In this document: positions 1 through 10,787 of the stretch, piece by piece
Position numbering within the stretch: position 1 is the stretch's first letter
Layout of the letters: each line of letters begins with the position of its first letter
NCBI RefSeq assembly: GCF_003018235.1
Contig: NZ_CP027437.1
Length of the DNA: 64,000 nucleotides
From: Escherichia coli
GTDB taxonomy: Bacteria > Pseudomonadota > Gammaproteobacteria > Enterobacterales > Enterobacteriaceae
Strand: one strand, 5' to 3'
Translations under genes and position numbers: made by a program
Notes under the pieces: generated by a model
What the model saw: the letters and a program-made list of their open reading frames with translations, nothing else
The model's database searches: none
Told to the model about the DNA's origin: nothing

Positions 1-203
<203 letters not shown>

Positions 204-211
204 GAGAAAGT

Positions 212-1432
212 ATGACACCAGGCGGACAAGCTCAGATAGGTAATGTTGATCTCGTAAAACAGCTTAACAGCGCGGCGGTTTATCGCCTGATTGACCAGTA
301 TGGGCCAATCTCGCGGATTCAGATTGCCGAGCAAAGCCAGCTTGCCCCCGCCAGCGTAACCAAAATTACGCGTCAGCTTATCGAACGCGGGCTGATCAAA
401 GAAGTTGATCAGCAGGCCTCCACCGGGGGCCGCCGCGCTATCTCTATCGTCACCGAAACCCGCAATTTCCACGCAATCGGCGTACGGCTTGGTCGTCACG
501 ACGCCACCATCACTCTGTTTGATCTCAGTAGCAAAGTGCTGGCGGAAGAACATTACCCGCTGCCGGAACGTACCCAGCAGACGCTGGAACATGCCCTGCT
601 GAATGCCATTGCTCAGTTTATTGATAGCTACCAGCGCAAGCTGCGCGAGCTGATCGCCATTTCCGTGATCCTGCCAGGGCTTGTTGACCCGGACAGCGGC
701 AAAATTCATTACATGCCGCATATTCAGGTAGAAAACTGGGGGCTGGTAGAAGCACTGGAAGAACGTTTTAAAGTGACCTGTTTCGTCGGTCACGATATCC
801 GTAGTCTGGCGCTGGCGGAGCACTACTTCGGTGCAAGTCAGGATTGCGAAGACTCCATTCTGGTGCGTGTACATCGCGGAACCGGGGCCGGGATTATCTC
901 TAACGGGCGCATTTTTATTGGCCGCAACGGTAACGTCGGTGAAATTGGCCATATTCAGGTCGAACCGCTGGGTGAACGCTGCCACTGCGGCAACTTTGGC
1001 TGCCTGGAAACTATCGCCGCCAATGCTGCCATTGAACAACGGGTATTGAATCTGTTAAAGCAGGGCTACCAGAGCCGTGTGCCACTGGACGACTGCACCA
1101 TAAAAACTATCTGCAAAGCTGCGAACAAAGGCGATAGCCTGGCGTCGGAAGTGATTGAGTATGTCGGTCGTCATCTGGGCAAAACCATCGCCATTGCCAT
1201 CAACCTGTTTAACCCGCAAAAAATTGTTATTGCCGGAGAAATCACCGAAGCCGATAAAGTGCTGCTCCCTGCTATTGAAAGCTGCATTAATACCCAGGCG
1301 CTGAAGGCGTTTCGCACTAATCTGCCGGTGGTACGTTCTGAGCTGGATCACCGCTCGGCAATCGGCGCTTTTGCGCTGGTAAAACGCGCCATGCTCAACG
1401 GTATTTTGCTCCAGCATTTGCTGGAAAATTAA
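212..1432 (+). CDS. nagC: ROK-family transcriptional repressor of N-acetylglucosamine utilisation
   Basis: 406-aa ORF with N-terminal HTH and ROK sugar-kinase-like fold; position between nagA and nagD. Confidence 0.95.
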   Translation: MTPGGQAQIGNVDLVKQLNSAAVYRLIDQYGPISRIQIAEQSQLAPASVTKITRQLIERGLIKEVDQQASTGGRRAISIVTETRNFHAIGVRLGRHDATITLFDLSSKVLAEEHYPLPERTQQTLEHALLNAIAQFIDSYQRKLRELIAISVILPGLVDPDSGKIHYMPHIQVENWGLVEALEERFKVTCFVGHDIRSLALAEHYFGASQDCEDSILVRVHRGTGAGIISNGRIFIGRNGNVGEIGHIQVEPLGERCHCGNFGCLETIAANAAIEQRVLNLLKQGYQSRVPLDDCTIKTICKAANKGDSLASEVIEYVGRHLGKTIAIAINLFNPQKIVIAGEITEADKVLLPAIESCINTQALKAFRTNLPVVRSELDHRSAIGAFALVKRAMLNGILLQHLLEN

Positions 1433-1479
1433 TGTGCTTTTATAGTGGCGCTTATTGTTGTCAATATTCTGGGTAGTCC

Positions 1480-2232
1480 ATGACCATTAAAAATGTAATT
1501 TGCGATATCGACGGCGTGCTGATGCACGATAACGTCGCCGTACCGGGTGCAGCGGAATTTTTGCACGGGATTATGGATAAAGGCCTGCCGCTGGTGTTGC
1601 TGACCAACTATCCTTCGCAGACCGGGCAAGATCTGGCGAACCGCTTTGCCACTGCGGGTGTCGATGTGCCGGACAGCGTGTTTTATACCTCCGCGATGGC
1701 AACCGCCGATTTCCTGCGTCGCCAGGAAGGCAAGAAAGCATATGTGGTGGGCGAAGGCGCACTGATTCATGAACTGTACAAAGCCGGTTTCACTATTACC
1801 GATGTGAACCCTGATTTTGTGATTGTTGGCGAAACGCGTTCCTACAACTGGGACATGATGCATAAAGCAGCCTATTTCGTCGCTAACGGTGCACGCTTTA
1901 TCGCCACCAACCCGGACACCCATGGGCGCGGTTTTTATCCGGCCTGTGGCGCGCTATGCGCGGGGATCGAAAAAATCTCCGGACGTAAACCGTTCTATGT
2001 TGGTAAGCCGAGTCCGTGGATCATCCGCGCAGCATTAAACAAAATGCAGGCGCATTCGGAAGAAACGGTGATTGTCGGCGATAACCTGCGTACCGATATT
2101 CTGGCGGGCTTCCAGGCCGGTCTGGAGACGATTCTGGTACTCTCCGGTGTTTCGTCGCTCGACGATATCGACAGTATGCCATTCCGCCCCAGCTGGATTT
2201 ACCCATCGGTCGCCGAAATCGACGTTATCTGA
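1480..2232 (+). CDS. nagD: HAD-superfamily ribonucleotide monophosphatase
   Basis: 250-aa ORF beginning MTIKNVICDIDGVL (HAD motif I DxDG). Confidence 0.93.
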   Translation: MTIKNVICDIDGVLMHDNVAVPGAAEFLHGIMDKGLPLVLLTNYPSQTGQDLANRFATAGVDVPDSVFYTSAMATADFLRRQEGKKAYVVGEGALIHELYKAGFTITDVNPDFVIVGETRSYNWDMMHKAAYFVANGARFIATNPDTHGRGFYPACGALCAGIEKISGRKPFYVGKPSPWIIRAALNKMQAHSEETVIVGDNLRTDILAGFQAGLETILVLSGVSSLDDIDSMPFRPSWIYPSVAEIDVI

Positions 2233-2237
2233 ATAGC

Positions 2238-2268
2238 AACCACGCCTCAGGGCGTGGTTTCTTATTTT
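2238..2268 (+). terminator. Intrinsic terminator after nagD
   Basis: Hairpin aaccacgcc-tcag-ggcgtggtt followed by T-rich run. Confidence 0.6.
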
Positions 2269-2488
2269 TACCCATCACTAAAATTCGCCCATTCAATAAA
2301 ACCCGCCAAAAATTATCGATTCATCAATAAATACACCTCTACACCCTACCCTTTTTCATTAATCAGCAATCATCATTACGTTTTTTATTTACCCCCTGCC
2401 AAATCGCTTGCGCACAGTGCTGCTTTGCGGCATTTTTTTAAACAAGCAAACACAACAAGCAACAAATACCAGGTTAACGGAGAAGGTT

Positions 2489-4153
2489 ATGTGTTCAATT
2501 TTTGGCGTATTCGATATCAAAACAGACGCAGTTGAGCTGCGTAAGAAAGCACTCGAGCTGTCACGCCTGATGCGTCATCGTGGCCCGGACTGGTCCGGTA
2601 TTTATGCCAGCGATAACGCCATTCTCGCCCACGAACGTCTGTCCATTGTTGACGTTAACGCGGGGGCGCAACCTCTCTACAACCAACAAAAAACTCATGT
2701 GCTGGCGGTAAACGGTGAAATCTACAACCACCAGGCACTGCGCGCCGAATATGGCGATCGTTATCAGTTCCAGACCGGGTCTGACTGTGAAGTGATCCTC
2801 GCGCTGTATCAGGAAAAAGGGCCGGAATTTCTTGACGACTTGCAGGGCATGTTTGCCTTTGCCCTGTACGACAGCGAAAAAGATGCCTACCTGATTGGTC
2901 GCGACCATCTGGGGATCATCCCACTGTATATGGGCTATGACGAACATGGTCAGCTGTATGTGGCCTCAGAAATGAAAGCCCTGGTGCCGGTATGCCGCAC
3001 GATTAAAGAGTTCCCGGCGGGGAGCTATTTGTGGAGTCAGGACGGCGAAATCCGTTCTTATTATCACCGCAACTGGTTCGACTTTGATGCAGTGAAAGAT
3101 AACGTGACCGACAAAAACGAGCTGCGTCAGGCACTGGAAGATTCCGTTAAAAGCCATCTGATGTCTGATGTGCCTTACGGTGTGCTGCTTTCTGGTGGTC
3201 TGGATTCCTCAATTATTTCCGCGATCACCAAGAAATACGCCGCCCGTCGCGTGGAAGATCAGGAACGTTCTGAAGCCTGGTGGCCGCAGTTACACTCCTT
3301 TGCTGTAGGTCTGCCGGGTTCACCAGATCTGAAAGCAGCCCAGGAAGTGGCAAACCATCTGGGTACGGTGCATCACGAAATTCACTTCACTGTACAGGAA
3401 GGTCTGGACGCCATCCGCGACGTGATTTACCACATCGAAACCTATGATGTGACCACTATTCGCGCTTCAACACCGATGTATTTAATGTCGCGTAAGATCA
3501 AAGCGATGGGCATTAAAATGGTGCTGTCCGGTGAAGGTTCTGATGAAGTGTTTGGCGGTTATCTTTACTTCCACAAAGCACCGAATGCCAAAGAACTGCA
3601 TGAAGAGACGGTGCGTAAACTGCTGGCCCTGCATATGTATGACTGCGCGCGTGCCAACAAAGCGATGTCAGCCTGGGGCGTGGAAGCACGCGTTCCGTTC
3701 CTCGACAAAAAATTCCTTGATGTGGCGATGCGCATTAACCCACAGGATAAAATGTGCGGTAACGGCAAAATGGAAAAACACATCCTGCGTGAATGTTTTG
3801 AAGCATATCTGCCCGCAAGCGTGGCCTGGCGGCAGAAAGAGCAGTTCTCCGATGGCGTCGGTTACAGTTGGATTGACACCCTGAAAGAAGTAGCGGCGCA
3901 GCAGGTTTCTGATCAACAGCTGGAAACTGCCCGCTTCCGCTTCCCGTACAACACGCCGACGTCCAAAGAAGCGTATCTGTACCGGGAGATCTTTGAAGAA
4001 CTGTTCCCGCTTCCGAGCGCCGCTGAGTGCGTGCCGGGCGGCCCTTCCGTCGCGTGTTCTTCCGCTAAAGCGATCGAGTGGGATGAGGCGTTCAAGAAAA
4101 TGGACGATCCGTCTGGTCGTGCGGTTGGTGTTCACCAGTCGGCGTATAAGTAA
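2489..4153 (+). CDS. asnB: Asparagine synthetase B (glutamine-hydrolysing)
   Basis: 554-aa protein starting MCSIFGVFD (N-terminal Cys nucleophile), SGGLDSS PP-loop; the ORF-track start at 2408 is a TTG extension; GGAGAAGG SD precedes ATG 2489. Confidence 0.95.
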   Translation: MCSIFGVFDIKTDAVELRKKALELSRLMRHRGPDWSGIYASDNAILAHERLSIVDVNAGAQPLYNQQKTHVLAVNGEIYNHQALRAEYGDRYQFQTGSDCEVILALYQEKGPEFLDDLQGMFAFALYDSEKDAYLIGRDHLGIIPLYMGYDEHGQLYVASEMKALVPVCRTIKEFPAGSYLWSQDGEIRSYYHRNWFDFDAVKDNVTDKNELRQALEDSVKSHLMSDVPYGVLLSGGLDSSIISAITKKYAARRVEDQERSEAWWPQLHSFAVGLPGSPDLKAAQEVANHLGTVHHEIHFTVQEGLDAIRDVIYHIETYDVTTIRASTPMYLMSRKIKAMGIKMVLSGEGSDEVFGGYLYFHKAPNAKELHEETVRKLLALHMYDCARANKAMSAWGVEARVPFLDKKFLDVAMRINPQDKMCGNGKMEKHILRECFEAYLPASVAWRQKEQFSDGVGYSWIDTLKEVAAQQVSDQQLETARFRFPYNTPTSKEAYLYREIFEELFPLPSAAECVPGGPSVACSSAKAIEWDEAFKKMDDPSGRAVGVHQSAYK

Positions 4154-4464
4154 GAAATGCGGTACTGCCCCGGAGAAATCCGGGGCTGTTTCAGTTATTG
4201 AGCTGCTTGTTGATTCTGATATGCAGTAAGGAAATGTTCCGGTTTTGCCACATCACTGTTTGACAATTCATCACTGTAGGCCAGTACTTCATAGATTAAT
4301 TTCCCACCACTATTGTTGAATTCCGAATTTCATCCTGTATGACAAAAGAATGGCTGTAGGGTGGGGAAAAAACACAAAGTAAACAATAATTGACGAATAT
4401 AGCGCCACGCTGTTCGCAACCTAACCAAACAGTCACTTTCGAGCAATTTTCCTTGAAAAAGAGG

Positions 4465-4493
4465 TTGACGCTGCAAGGCTCTATACGCATAAT
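4465..4493 (+). promoter_or_regulatory. Sigma70 promoter of the tRNA operon (stringent-type)
   Basis: -35 TTGACG (4465-4470), 17-bp spacer, -10 CATAAT (4488-4493), GC-rich discriminator GCGCCCC, about 35 bp upstream of first tRNA. Confidence 0.6.
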
Positions 4494-4533
4494 GCGCCCC
4501 GCAACGCCGATAAGGTATCGCGAAAAAAAAGAT

Positions 4534-4610
4534 GGCTACGTAGCTCAGTTGGTTAGAGCACATCACTCATAATGATGGGGTCACAGGTTCGAATCCCGTC
4601 GTAGCCACCA
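4534..4610 (+). tRNA. metT: tRNA-Met (elongator, anticodon CAU)
   Basis: 77-nt cloverleaf GGCTACGTAGCTCAGTTGG...CCA; anticodon loop CTCATAA. Confidence 0.93.
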
Positions 4611-4620
4611 TCTTTTTTTT

Positions 4621-4705
4621 GCGGGAGTGGCGAAATTGGTAGACGCACCAGATTTAGGTTCTGGCGCCGCAAGGTGTGCGAGTTCAAGTCTCGCCTCCCG
4701 CACCA
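4621..4705 (+). tRNA. leuW: tRNA-Leu (anticodon UAG)
   Basis: 85-nt class II tRNA GCGGGAGTGGCGAAATTGGTAGACGC...; anticodon loop TTTAGGT; ends CCA. Confidence 0.92.
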
Positions 4706-4728
4706 TTCACCAGAAAGCGTTGTACGGA

Positions 4729-4803
4729 TGGGGTATCGCCAAGCGGTAAGGCACCGGTTTTTGATACCGGCATTCCCTGGTTCGAATCCAGGTACCCCAG
4801 CCA
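4729..4803 (+). tRNA. glnU: tRNA-Gln (anticodon UUG)
   Basis: 75-nt TGGGGTATCGCCAAGCGGTAAGG...; anticodon loop TTTTGAT; ends CCA. Confidence 0.92.
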
Positions 4804-4837
4804 TCTTCTTCGAGTAAGCGGTTCACCGCCCGGTTAT

Positions 4838-4912
4838 TGGGGTATCGCCAAGCGGTAAGGCACCGGTTTTTGATACCGGCATTCCCTGGTTCGAATCCAG
4901 GTACCCCAGCCA
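4838..4912 (+). tRNA. glnW: tRNA-Gln (anticodon UUG)
   Basis: Identical copy of the preceding tRNA-Gln(UUG). Confidence 0.92.
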
Positions 4913-4927
4913 TCGAAGAAACAATCT

Positions 4928-5004
4928 GGCTACGTAGCTCAGTTGGTTAGAGCACATCACTCATAATGATGGGGTCACAGGTTCGAATCCCGTCGTAGCC
5001 ACCA
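4928..5004 (+). tRNA. metU: tRNA-Met (elongator, anticodon CAU)
   Basis: Identical copy of the tRNA-Met at 4534..4610. Confidence 0.92.
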
Positions 5005-5051
5005 AATTCTGAATGTGTCGAATATGTTCGGCAAATTCAAAAACCAATTTG

Positions 5052-5126
5052 TTGGGGTATCGCCAAGCGGTAAGGCACCGGATTCTGATTCCGGCATTCC
5101 GAGGTTCGAATCCTCGTACCCCAGCC
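5052..5126 (+). tRNA. glnV: tRNA-Gln (anticodon CUG)
   Basis: 75-nt tRNA-Gln variant with anticodon loop TTCTGAT. Confidence 0.92.
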
Positions 5127-5164
5127 AATTTATTCAAGACGCTTACCTTGTAAGTGCACCCAGT

Positions 5165-5239
5165 TGGGGTATCGCCAAGCGGTAAGGCACCGGATTCTGA
5201 TTCCGGCATTCCGAGGTTCGAATCCTCGTACCCCAGCCA
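5165..5239 (+). tRNA. glnX: tRNA-Gln (anticodon CUG)
   Basis: Identical copy of the preceding tRNA-Gln(CUG). Confidence 0.92.
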
Positions 5240-5247
5240 CATTAAAA

Positions 5248-5272
5248 AAGCTCGCTTCGGCGAGCTTTTTGC
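5248..5272 (+). terminator. Intrinsic terminator of the tRNA operon
   Basis: AGCTCGC-TTCG-GCGAGCT hairpin followed by TTTTT. Confidence 0.8.
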
Positions 5273-5309
5273 TTTTCTGCGTATATTCAATGTCGAATGC
5301 GATGTTGAC

Positions 5310-5370
5310 ACGTCTTATCCTTCAAAGTCGGATGCGACGCTGATGCGTCTTATCCGACCTACAGTTGGCA
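5310..5370. repeat. REP/BIME-like palindromic unit cluster
   Basis: cggatgcgacgctgatgcgtcttatccgacctaca and a partial upstream copy resemble the enterobacterial REP consensus. Confidence 0.5.
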
Positions 5371-5392
5371 TGCATCCGGCAATGTTGTAAGG

Positions 5393-6568
5393 CTACAACC
5401 CTAACGCATATTTCAGCGCCTGACGTTTCAACATGCCAGCACGCTCCGCCGCCATCAAACCAAGATTACGCACAAAACGCAGCGGCGGCAGATTATTACT
5501 GAATCCGGCATAAAACAGATCCATACCACTTTGCATAATGAAGTTATCCGCCATGCGCCGCATCTGGTAACGCTTGAGGACAGGATAACTGGCCCACGCT
5601 TCGCCGTAGCTGCGAGCGTTGACCAGAACGTCAATCAGGGTATCGACATCACGATAACCAAGATTCACCCCCTGCCCCGCCAGCGGATGGATGGTGTGCG
5701 CGGCATCACCCACCAGCGCAAGCCCCGGCTGCACATACTGCAACGCATGGCGGCGTGTCAGCGGAAACGCACCAGCGGCAAGCGGTGTCACGTAACCCAG
5801 ACGCGACGGGAAATGCTTCGCGATTTCTGCCTGTAGCTGCGCCATATTCATATTCTGCAACTGGCGAATGCGCGCCGGAGAGTCATACCACACCAGCGAT
5901 GCCCAGTTATCAAACAACGGCAGAAACGCACGCGGTCCGTCCGGGGTAAATTGCTGCCAGGTGCTGTCGCCGGGATCGTTCTCACACTGGACGCTAATCA
6001 ACATACACGACTGTGCATACTGCCAGGCATGAACGCCAATTCCCGCCATCTGCCGCACCTGCGAATTTGCGCCGTCGGCACCAATCACCAGCTTCGCGCG
6101 GATCGTTTCACCGCCCTTCAGTTCCAGCTCCTGAAGATCATTATGGCGATGCAGCGCAATCAGCGAGCCTGGCACACGTAACGTTACTTTCGGATGTGCT
6201 TCCAGCGCCTGCCACAGCGCCTGTTGCAGGACTGTGTTTTCCACCATATAGCCAAGCAGCGGCAGCTTAAGTTCAGCGGCATCAAACACCACATGCGCCG
6301 TTTCCCACTCCCACGTTTCCAGTCTGCGGTAAGGATGGCAACGCATAGCCTGTACTGCATCCCAGACCCCTAACCCTTTAAGCAATGATACCGAAGCAGC
6401 GCTGATCGCCGAGATCCGCACGTCCGGTTGGCTATCAGCGACAAACGGCGCTGGTTCTGCGTGCTCGATCACCGTTACCGCAAATCCATGCTGTGCCAGC
6501 CCCAGCGCCAGTGCGCCGCCGACCATTCCTCCGCCGACAATGGCAATTTCCGTTGGTTGATTTGTCAT
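5393..6568 (-). CDS. ubiF: FAD-dependent 2-octaprenyl-3-methyl-6-methoxy-1,4-benzoquinol hydroxylase
   Basis: 391-aa protein MTNQPTEIAIVGGGMVGG (Rossmann GxGxxG); track start at 6574 is a TTG two codons upstream of the ATG. Confidence 0.92.
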   Translation of the reverse strand: MTNQPTEIAIVGGGMVGGALALGLAQHGFAVTVIEHAEPAPFVADSQPDVRISAISAASVSLLKGLGVWDAVQAMRCHPYRRLETWEWETAHVVFDAAELKLPLLGYMVENTVLQQALWQALEAHPKVTLRVPGSLIALHRHNDLQELELKGGETIRAKLVIGADGANSQVRQMAGIGVHAWQYAQSCMLISVQCENDPGDSTWQQFTPDGPRAFLPLFDNWASLVWYDSPARIRQLQNMNMAQLQAEIAKHFPSRLGYVTPLAAGAFPLTRRHALQYVQPGLALVGDAAHTIHPLAGQGVNLGYRDVDTLIDVLVNARSYGEAWASYPVLKRYQMRRMADNFIMQSGMDLFYAGFSNNLPPLRFVRNLGLMAAERAGMLKRQALKYALGL

Positions 6569-6713
6569 GGTCAATCATCCTGTTAGCAATATGCTTTAAG
6601 TTTACAGGATTTTTACCCCCAAGGGCTGATAACGCTCATACTGGTCACAACGGCAGCAAAGCATTACACTATGCGCCCTGCATTCCTGGCTACTATTTCG
6701 CAAGAGCAAGTCG

Positions 6714-8138
6714 ATGACCAAAAAACTCCATATTAAAACCTGGGGCTGTCAGATGAACGAGTACGATTCATCGAAGATGGCCGATCTGCTGGATGCCACC
6801 CACGGCTATCAACTGACCGACGTGGCGGAAGAAGCGGATGTGCTGCTGCTGAACACCTGCTCAATCCGCGAGAAGGCTCAGGAAAAAGTCTTCCATCAGT
6901 TGGGTCGCTGGAAACTGTTAAAAGAGAAGAATCCAGACCTGATTATCGGCGTCGGCGGCTGCGTGGCATCGCAAGAAGGTGAGCACATTCGCCAGCGCGC
7001 CCACTATGTCGATATTATTTTTGGGCCGCAAACGCTGCACCGTCTGCCGGAGATGATCAACTCCGTGCGCGGCGACCGCAGCCCGGTTGTAGATATCAGC
7101 TTCCCGGAAATCGAGAAGTTTGACCGTCTGCCGGAACCGCGTGCCGAAGGGCCGACCGCGTTTGTCTCCATCATGGAAGGCTGCAATAAATATTGTACCT
7201 ACTGCGTAGTGCCTTACACCCGTGGTGAAGAGGTAAGCCGTCCGTCCGACGATATTCTGTTTGAGATCGCCCAGCTTGCGGCTCAGGGCGTGCGTGAAGT
7301 CAACCTGCTCGGTCAGAACGTGAACGCCTGGCGTGGTGAAAACTACGACGGCACCACCGGATCGTTTGCCGATCTGCTGCGTCTGGTTGCTGCGATCGAC
7401 GGGATCGATCGTATTCGCTTTACCACCAGCCATCCGATCGAATTCACCGACGATATCATCGAAGTGTACCGCGACACGCCGGAGCTGGTGAGCTTCCTGC
7501 ATCTGCCGGTGCAGAGCGGTTCCGATCGCATTCTGAACCTGATGGGACGTACCCATACAGCGCTGGAGTACAAAGCGATCATCCGTAAGCTGCGTGCGGC
7601 GCGTCCGGATATTCAGATCAGTTCTGACTTCATCGTTGGCTTCCCTGGCGAAACCACCGAAGACTTCGAGAAAACGATGAAGCTGATTGCCGACGTCAAT
7701 TTCGACATGAGCTACAGCTTTATCTTCTCCGCTCGTCCAGGTACACCAGCCGCCGACATGGTTGATGATGTTCCGGAAGAAGAGAAGAAGCAGCGTCTGT
7801 ATATTCTGCAAGAACGCATTAATCAGCAAGCGATGGCATGGAGCCGCCGAATGCTCGGCACCACCCAGCGTATTCTGGTAGAAGGTACATCGCGTAAGAG
7901 CATCATGGAGCTTTCCGGTCGCACTGAAAATAACCGCGTGGTTAACTTCGAAGGTACACCGGATATGATCGGTAAATTCGTCGATGTAGAAATTACCGAC
8001 GTCTACCCGAACTCTCTGCGCGGTAAAGTGGTGCGAACTGAAGATGAAATGAGTCTGCGCGTGGCAGAAACACCGGAATCGGTGATTGCCCGTACCCGCA
8101 AAGAAAACGACCTTGGCGTGGGTTATTATCAGCCGTAA
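6714..8138 (+). CDS. miaB: tRNA i6A37 methylthiotransferase (radical SAM)
   Basis: 474-aa ORF with CxxxCxxC radical-SAM motif ([10 protein letters not shown]) and C-terminal TRAM domain. Confidence 0.95.
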   Translation: MTKKLHIKTWGCQMNEYDSSKMADLLDATHGYQLTDVAEEADVLLLNTCSIREKAQEKVFHQLGRWKLLKEKNPDLIIGVGGCVASQEGEHIRQRAHYVDIIFGPQTLHRLPEMINSVRGDRSPVVDISFPEIEKFDRLPEPRAEGPTAFVSIMEGCNKYCTYCVVPYTRGEEVSRPSDDILFEIAQLAAQGVREVNLLGQNVNAWRGENYDGTTGSFADLLRLVAAIDGIDRIRFTTSHPIEFTDDIIEVYRDTPELVSFLHLPVQSGSDRILNLMGRTHTALEYKAIIRKLRAARPDIQISSDFIVGFPGETTEDFEKTMKLIADVNFDMSYSFIFSARPGTPAADMVDDVPEEEKKQRLYILQERINQQAMAWSRRMLGTTQRILVEGTSRKSIMELSGRTENNRVVNFEGTPDMIGKFVDVEITDVYPNSLRGKVVRTEDEMSLRVAETPESVIARTRKENDLGVGYYQP

Positions 8139-8144
8139 TTCTCA

Positions 8145-8176
8145 GGCCCGCCGTTCCGGTGGGCCTTGTTTTTTCT
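8145..8176 (+). terminator. Intrinsic terminator after miaB
   Basis: GGCCCGCCGTTCCGGTGGGCC hairpin followed by TTGTTTTTT. Confidence 0.7.
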
Positions 8177-8290
8177 CTCTTTATCCCCATCTTTATCGCA
8201 ATGCTTGCGCCTTTTTCCTGTGGCGTGAATAATTTCCTTATAGGCCGGTGAATGTTCAGCTTCCGGCGGCATACAGATAAGAGGAACGGT

Positions 8291-9331
8291 TTGAACATAG
8301 ACACTCGCGAAATCACCCTGGAGCCAGCAGACAACGCGCGTCTGTTGAGCCTGTGCGGCCCGTTTGATGACAACATCAAGCAGCTCGAACGCCGTCTCGG
8401 CATCGAGATCAATCGCCGCGATAACCACTTTAAACTGACCGGCCGTCCGATTTGCGTCACCGCTGCGGCAGACATTCTGCGTAGCCTGTATGTCGATACC
8501 GCCCCGATGCGCGGTCAGATTCAGGATATCGAACCGGAACAGATCCACCTTGCGATTAAAGAAGCGCGGGTACTGGAGCAAAGCGCGGAGAGCGTGCCGG
8601 AGTACGGCAAAGCGGTCAATATCAAAACCAAACGCGGCGTAATCAAGCCGCGCACGCCAAACCAGGCGCAGTACATTGCCAATATTCTCGACCATGACAT
8701 CACCTTCGGCGTTGGCCCGGCGGGTACGGGTAAAACCTACCTGGCAGTGGCTGCGGCAGTTGATGCCCTGGAGCGTCAGGAAATTCGCCGTATTCTGCTG
8801 ACTCGTCCGGCGGTCGAAGCCGGTGAGAAACTGGGCTTCCTGCCTGGCGATTTAAGCCAGAAAGTAGACCCGTATCTGCGCCCACTGTACGACGCGCTGT
8901 TTGAAATGCTGGGCTTTGAGAAAGTCGAGAAACTGATTGAGCGCAACGTTATTGAAGTCGCGCCGCTGGCCTATATGCGTGGTCGTACGCTGAACGACGC
9001 GTTTATCATTCTCGATGAGAGCCAGAACACCACCATCGAACAGATGAAGATGTTCCTGACCCGTATCGGTTTTAACTCAAAAGCGGTTATCACCGGCGAC
9101 GTCACACAGATCGACCTGCCGCGTAATACCAAGTCAGGCTTGCGTCACGCCATCGAAGTGCTGGCCGATGTTGAAGAGATCAGCTTTAACTTCTTCCACA
9201 GCGAAGACGTGGTTCGTCACCCGGTGGTGGCGCGTATCGTTAACGCTTATGAAGCCTGGGAAGAAGCAGAACAAAAACGTAAAGCGGCGCTGGCAGCAGA
9301 ACGCAAGCGCGAAGAACAGGAACAAAAATGA
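8291..9331 (+). CDS. ybeZ: PhoH-like ATPase
   Basis: Walker A GPAGTGKT; likely TTG start at 8291 preceded by AAGAGGAA SD (346 aa); track ORF 8252 is a 13-codon extension. Confidence 0.9.
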
Positions 9332-9795
9332 GTCAGGTGATCCTCGATTTACAACTGGCATGTGAAGATAATTCCGGGTTACCGGAAGAGAGCCAGTTTC
9401 AAACATGGCTGAATGCGGTGATCCCGCAGTTTCAGGAAGAGTCGGAAGTGACGATTCGCGTGGTCGATACCGCCGAAAGCCACAGTCTGAATCTGACCTA
9501 TCGCGGTAAGGATAAGCCGACCAACGTGCTCTCCTTCCCGTTTGAAGTACCGCCTGGCATGGAAATGTCGCTACTGGGCGATCTGGTTATCTGCCGTCAG
9601 GTGGTTGAGAAGGAAGCACAGGAGCAAGGCAAACCACTGGAGGCGCACTGGGCGCATATGGTGGTGCACGGCAGTCTGCATTTGTTAGGTTACGATCACA
9701 TCGAAGATGACGAAGCAGAAGAAATGGAAGCCCTCGAAACAGAGATTATGCTTGCTCTGGGCTATGAGGATCCGTACATTGCCGAGAAAGAATAA
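9328..9795 (+). CDS. ybeY: Endoribonuclease YbeY (16S rRNA 3' maturation)
   Basis: 155-aa ORF with [11 protein letters not shown] zinc-binding motif; 4-bp overlap with ybeZ. Confidence 0.95.
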
Positions 9796-9884
9796 TTTGC
9801 CAGGCATTTGACTGGCAGACGTCCCCGCCGTTGGTGATTAACGACGGCGTTTTGATTAACTAACATGAGAACCCATACGACGCC

Positions 9885-10763
9885 ATGAGCGACGACAATT
9901 CACACAGTAGTGACACGATAAGCAACAAGAAGGGATTTTTCTCCCTGTTACTCAGCCAACTTTTCCACGGTGAACCGAAAAACCGTGACGAACTGCTGGC
10001 GCTGATCCGTGATTCCGGGCAGAACGACCTTATCGACGAAGATACGCGCGATATGCTCGAAGGGGTGATGGACATCGCAGACCAACGCGTCCGCGACATC
10101 ATGATCCCCCGCTCCCAGATGATTACCCTGAAACGCAACCAGACGCTGGACGAATGCCTTGATGTCATCATCGAGTCCGCCCACTCACGTTTCCCGGTGA
10201 TTAGCGAAGACAAAGATCACATTGAAGGGATTCTGATGGCGAAAGACTTGCTGCCGTTTATGCGCAGCGATGCTGAAGCCTTCAGCATGGACAAAGTGTT
10301 ACGTCAGGCAGTTGTCGTTCCTGAAAGTAAGCGCGTAGACCGGATGCTGAAAGAGTTTCGCTCTCAGCGTTACCACATGGCGATCGTCATTGACGAATTC
10401 GGTGGGGTTTCCGGTCTGGTGACCATTGAAGACATCCTGGAACTGATTGTTGGTGAGATTGAAGACGAGTATGACGAAGAAGATGATATCGACTTCCGTC
10501 AGCTGAGTCGTCATACCTGGACCGTGCGCGCACTGGCTTCCATTGAAGACTTCAACGAAGCGTTCGGCACCCACTTTAGCGATGAAGAGGTTGACACTAT
10601 CGGTGGTCTGGTGATGCAGGCATTTGGGCATCTTCCGGCGCGTGGCGAAACCATCGACATCGACGGTTACCAGTTCAAAGTGGCGATGGCCGACAGTCGG
10701 CGTATTATTCAGGTTCATGTCCAAATCCCGGATGACTCACCCCAGCCGAAGCTGGATGAATAA
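9885..10763 (+). CDS. corC: CBS-domain Mg/Co efflux-associated protein
   Basis: 292-aa ORF with tandem CBS and C-terminal CorC/HlyC domains. Confidence 0.93.
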   Translation: MSDDNSHSSDTISNKKGFFSLLLSQLFHGEPKNRDELLALIRDSGQNDLIDEDTRDMLEGVMDIADQRVRDIMIPRSQMITLKRNQTLDECLDVIIESAHSRFPVISEDKDHIEGILMAKDLLPFMRSDAEAFSMDKVLRQAVVVPESKRVDRMLKEFRSQRYHMAIVIDEFGGVSGLVTIEDILELIVGEIEDEYDEEDDIDFRQLSRHTWTVRALASIEDFNEAFGTHFSDEEVDTIGGLVMQAFGHLPARGETIDIDGYQFKVAMADSRRIIQVHVQIPDDSPQPKLDE

Positions 10764-10787
10764 AACCGAAACTGGATAGATAACTAC

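Noticed and set aside
4534-5239. Tandem near-identical 75-77 bp repeats
   Set aside because: These are duplicated tRNA genes (Gln and Met) with canonical cloverleaf sequences and CCA ends, not a CRISPR array or other repeat.
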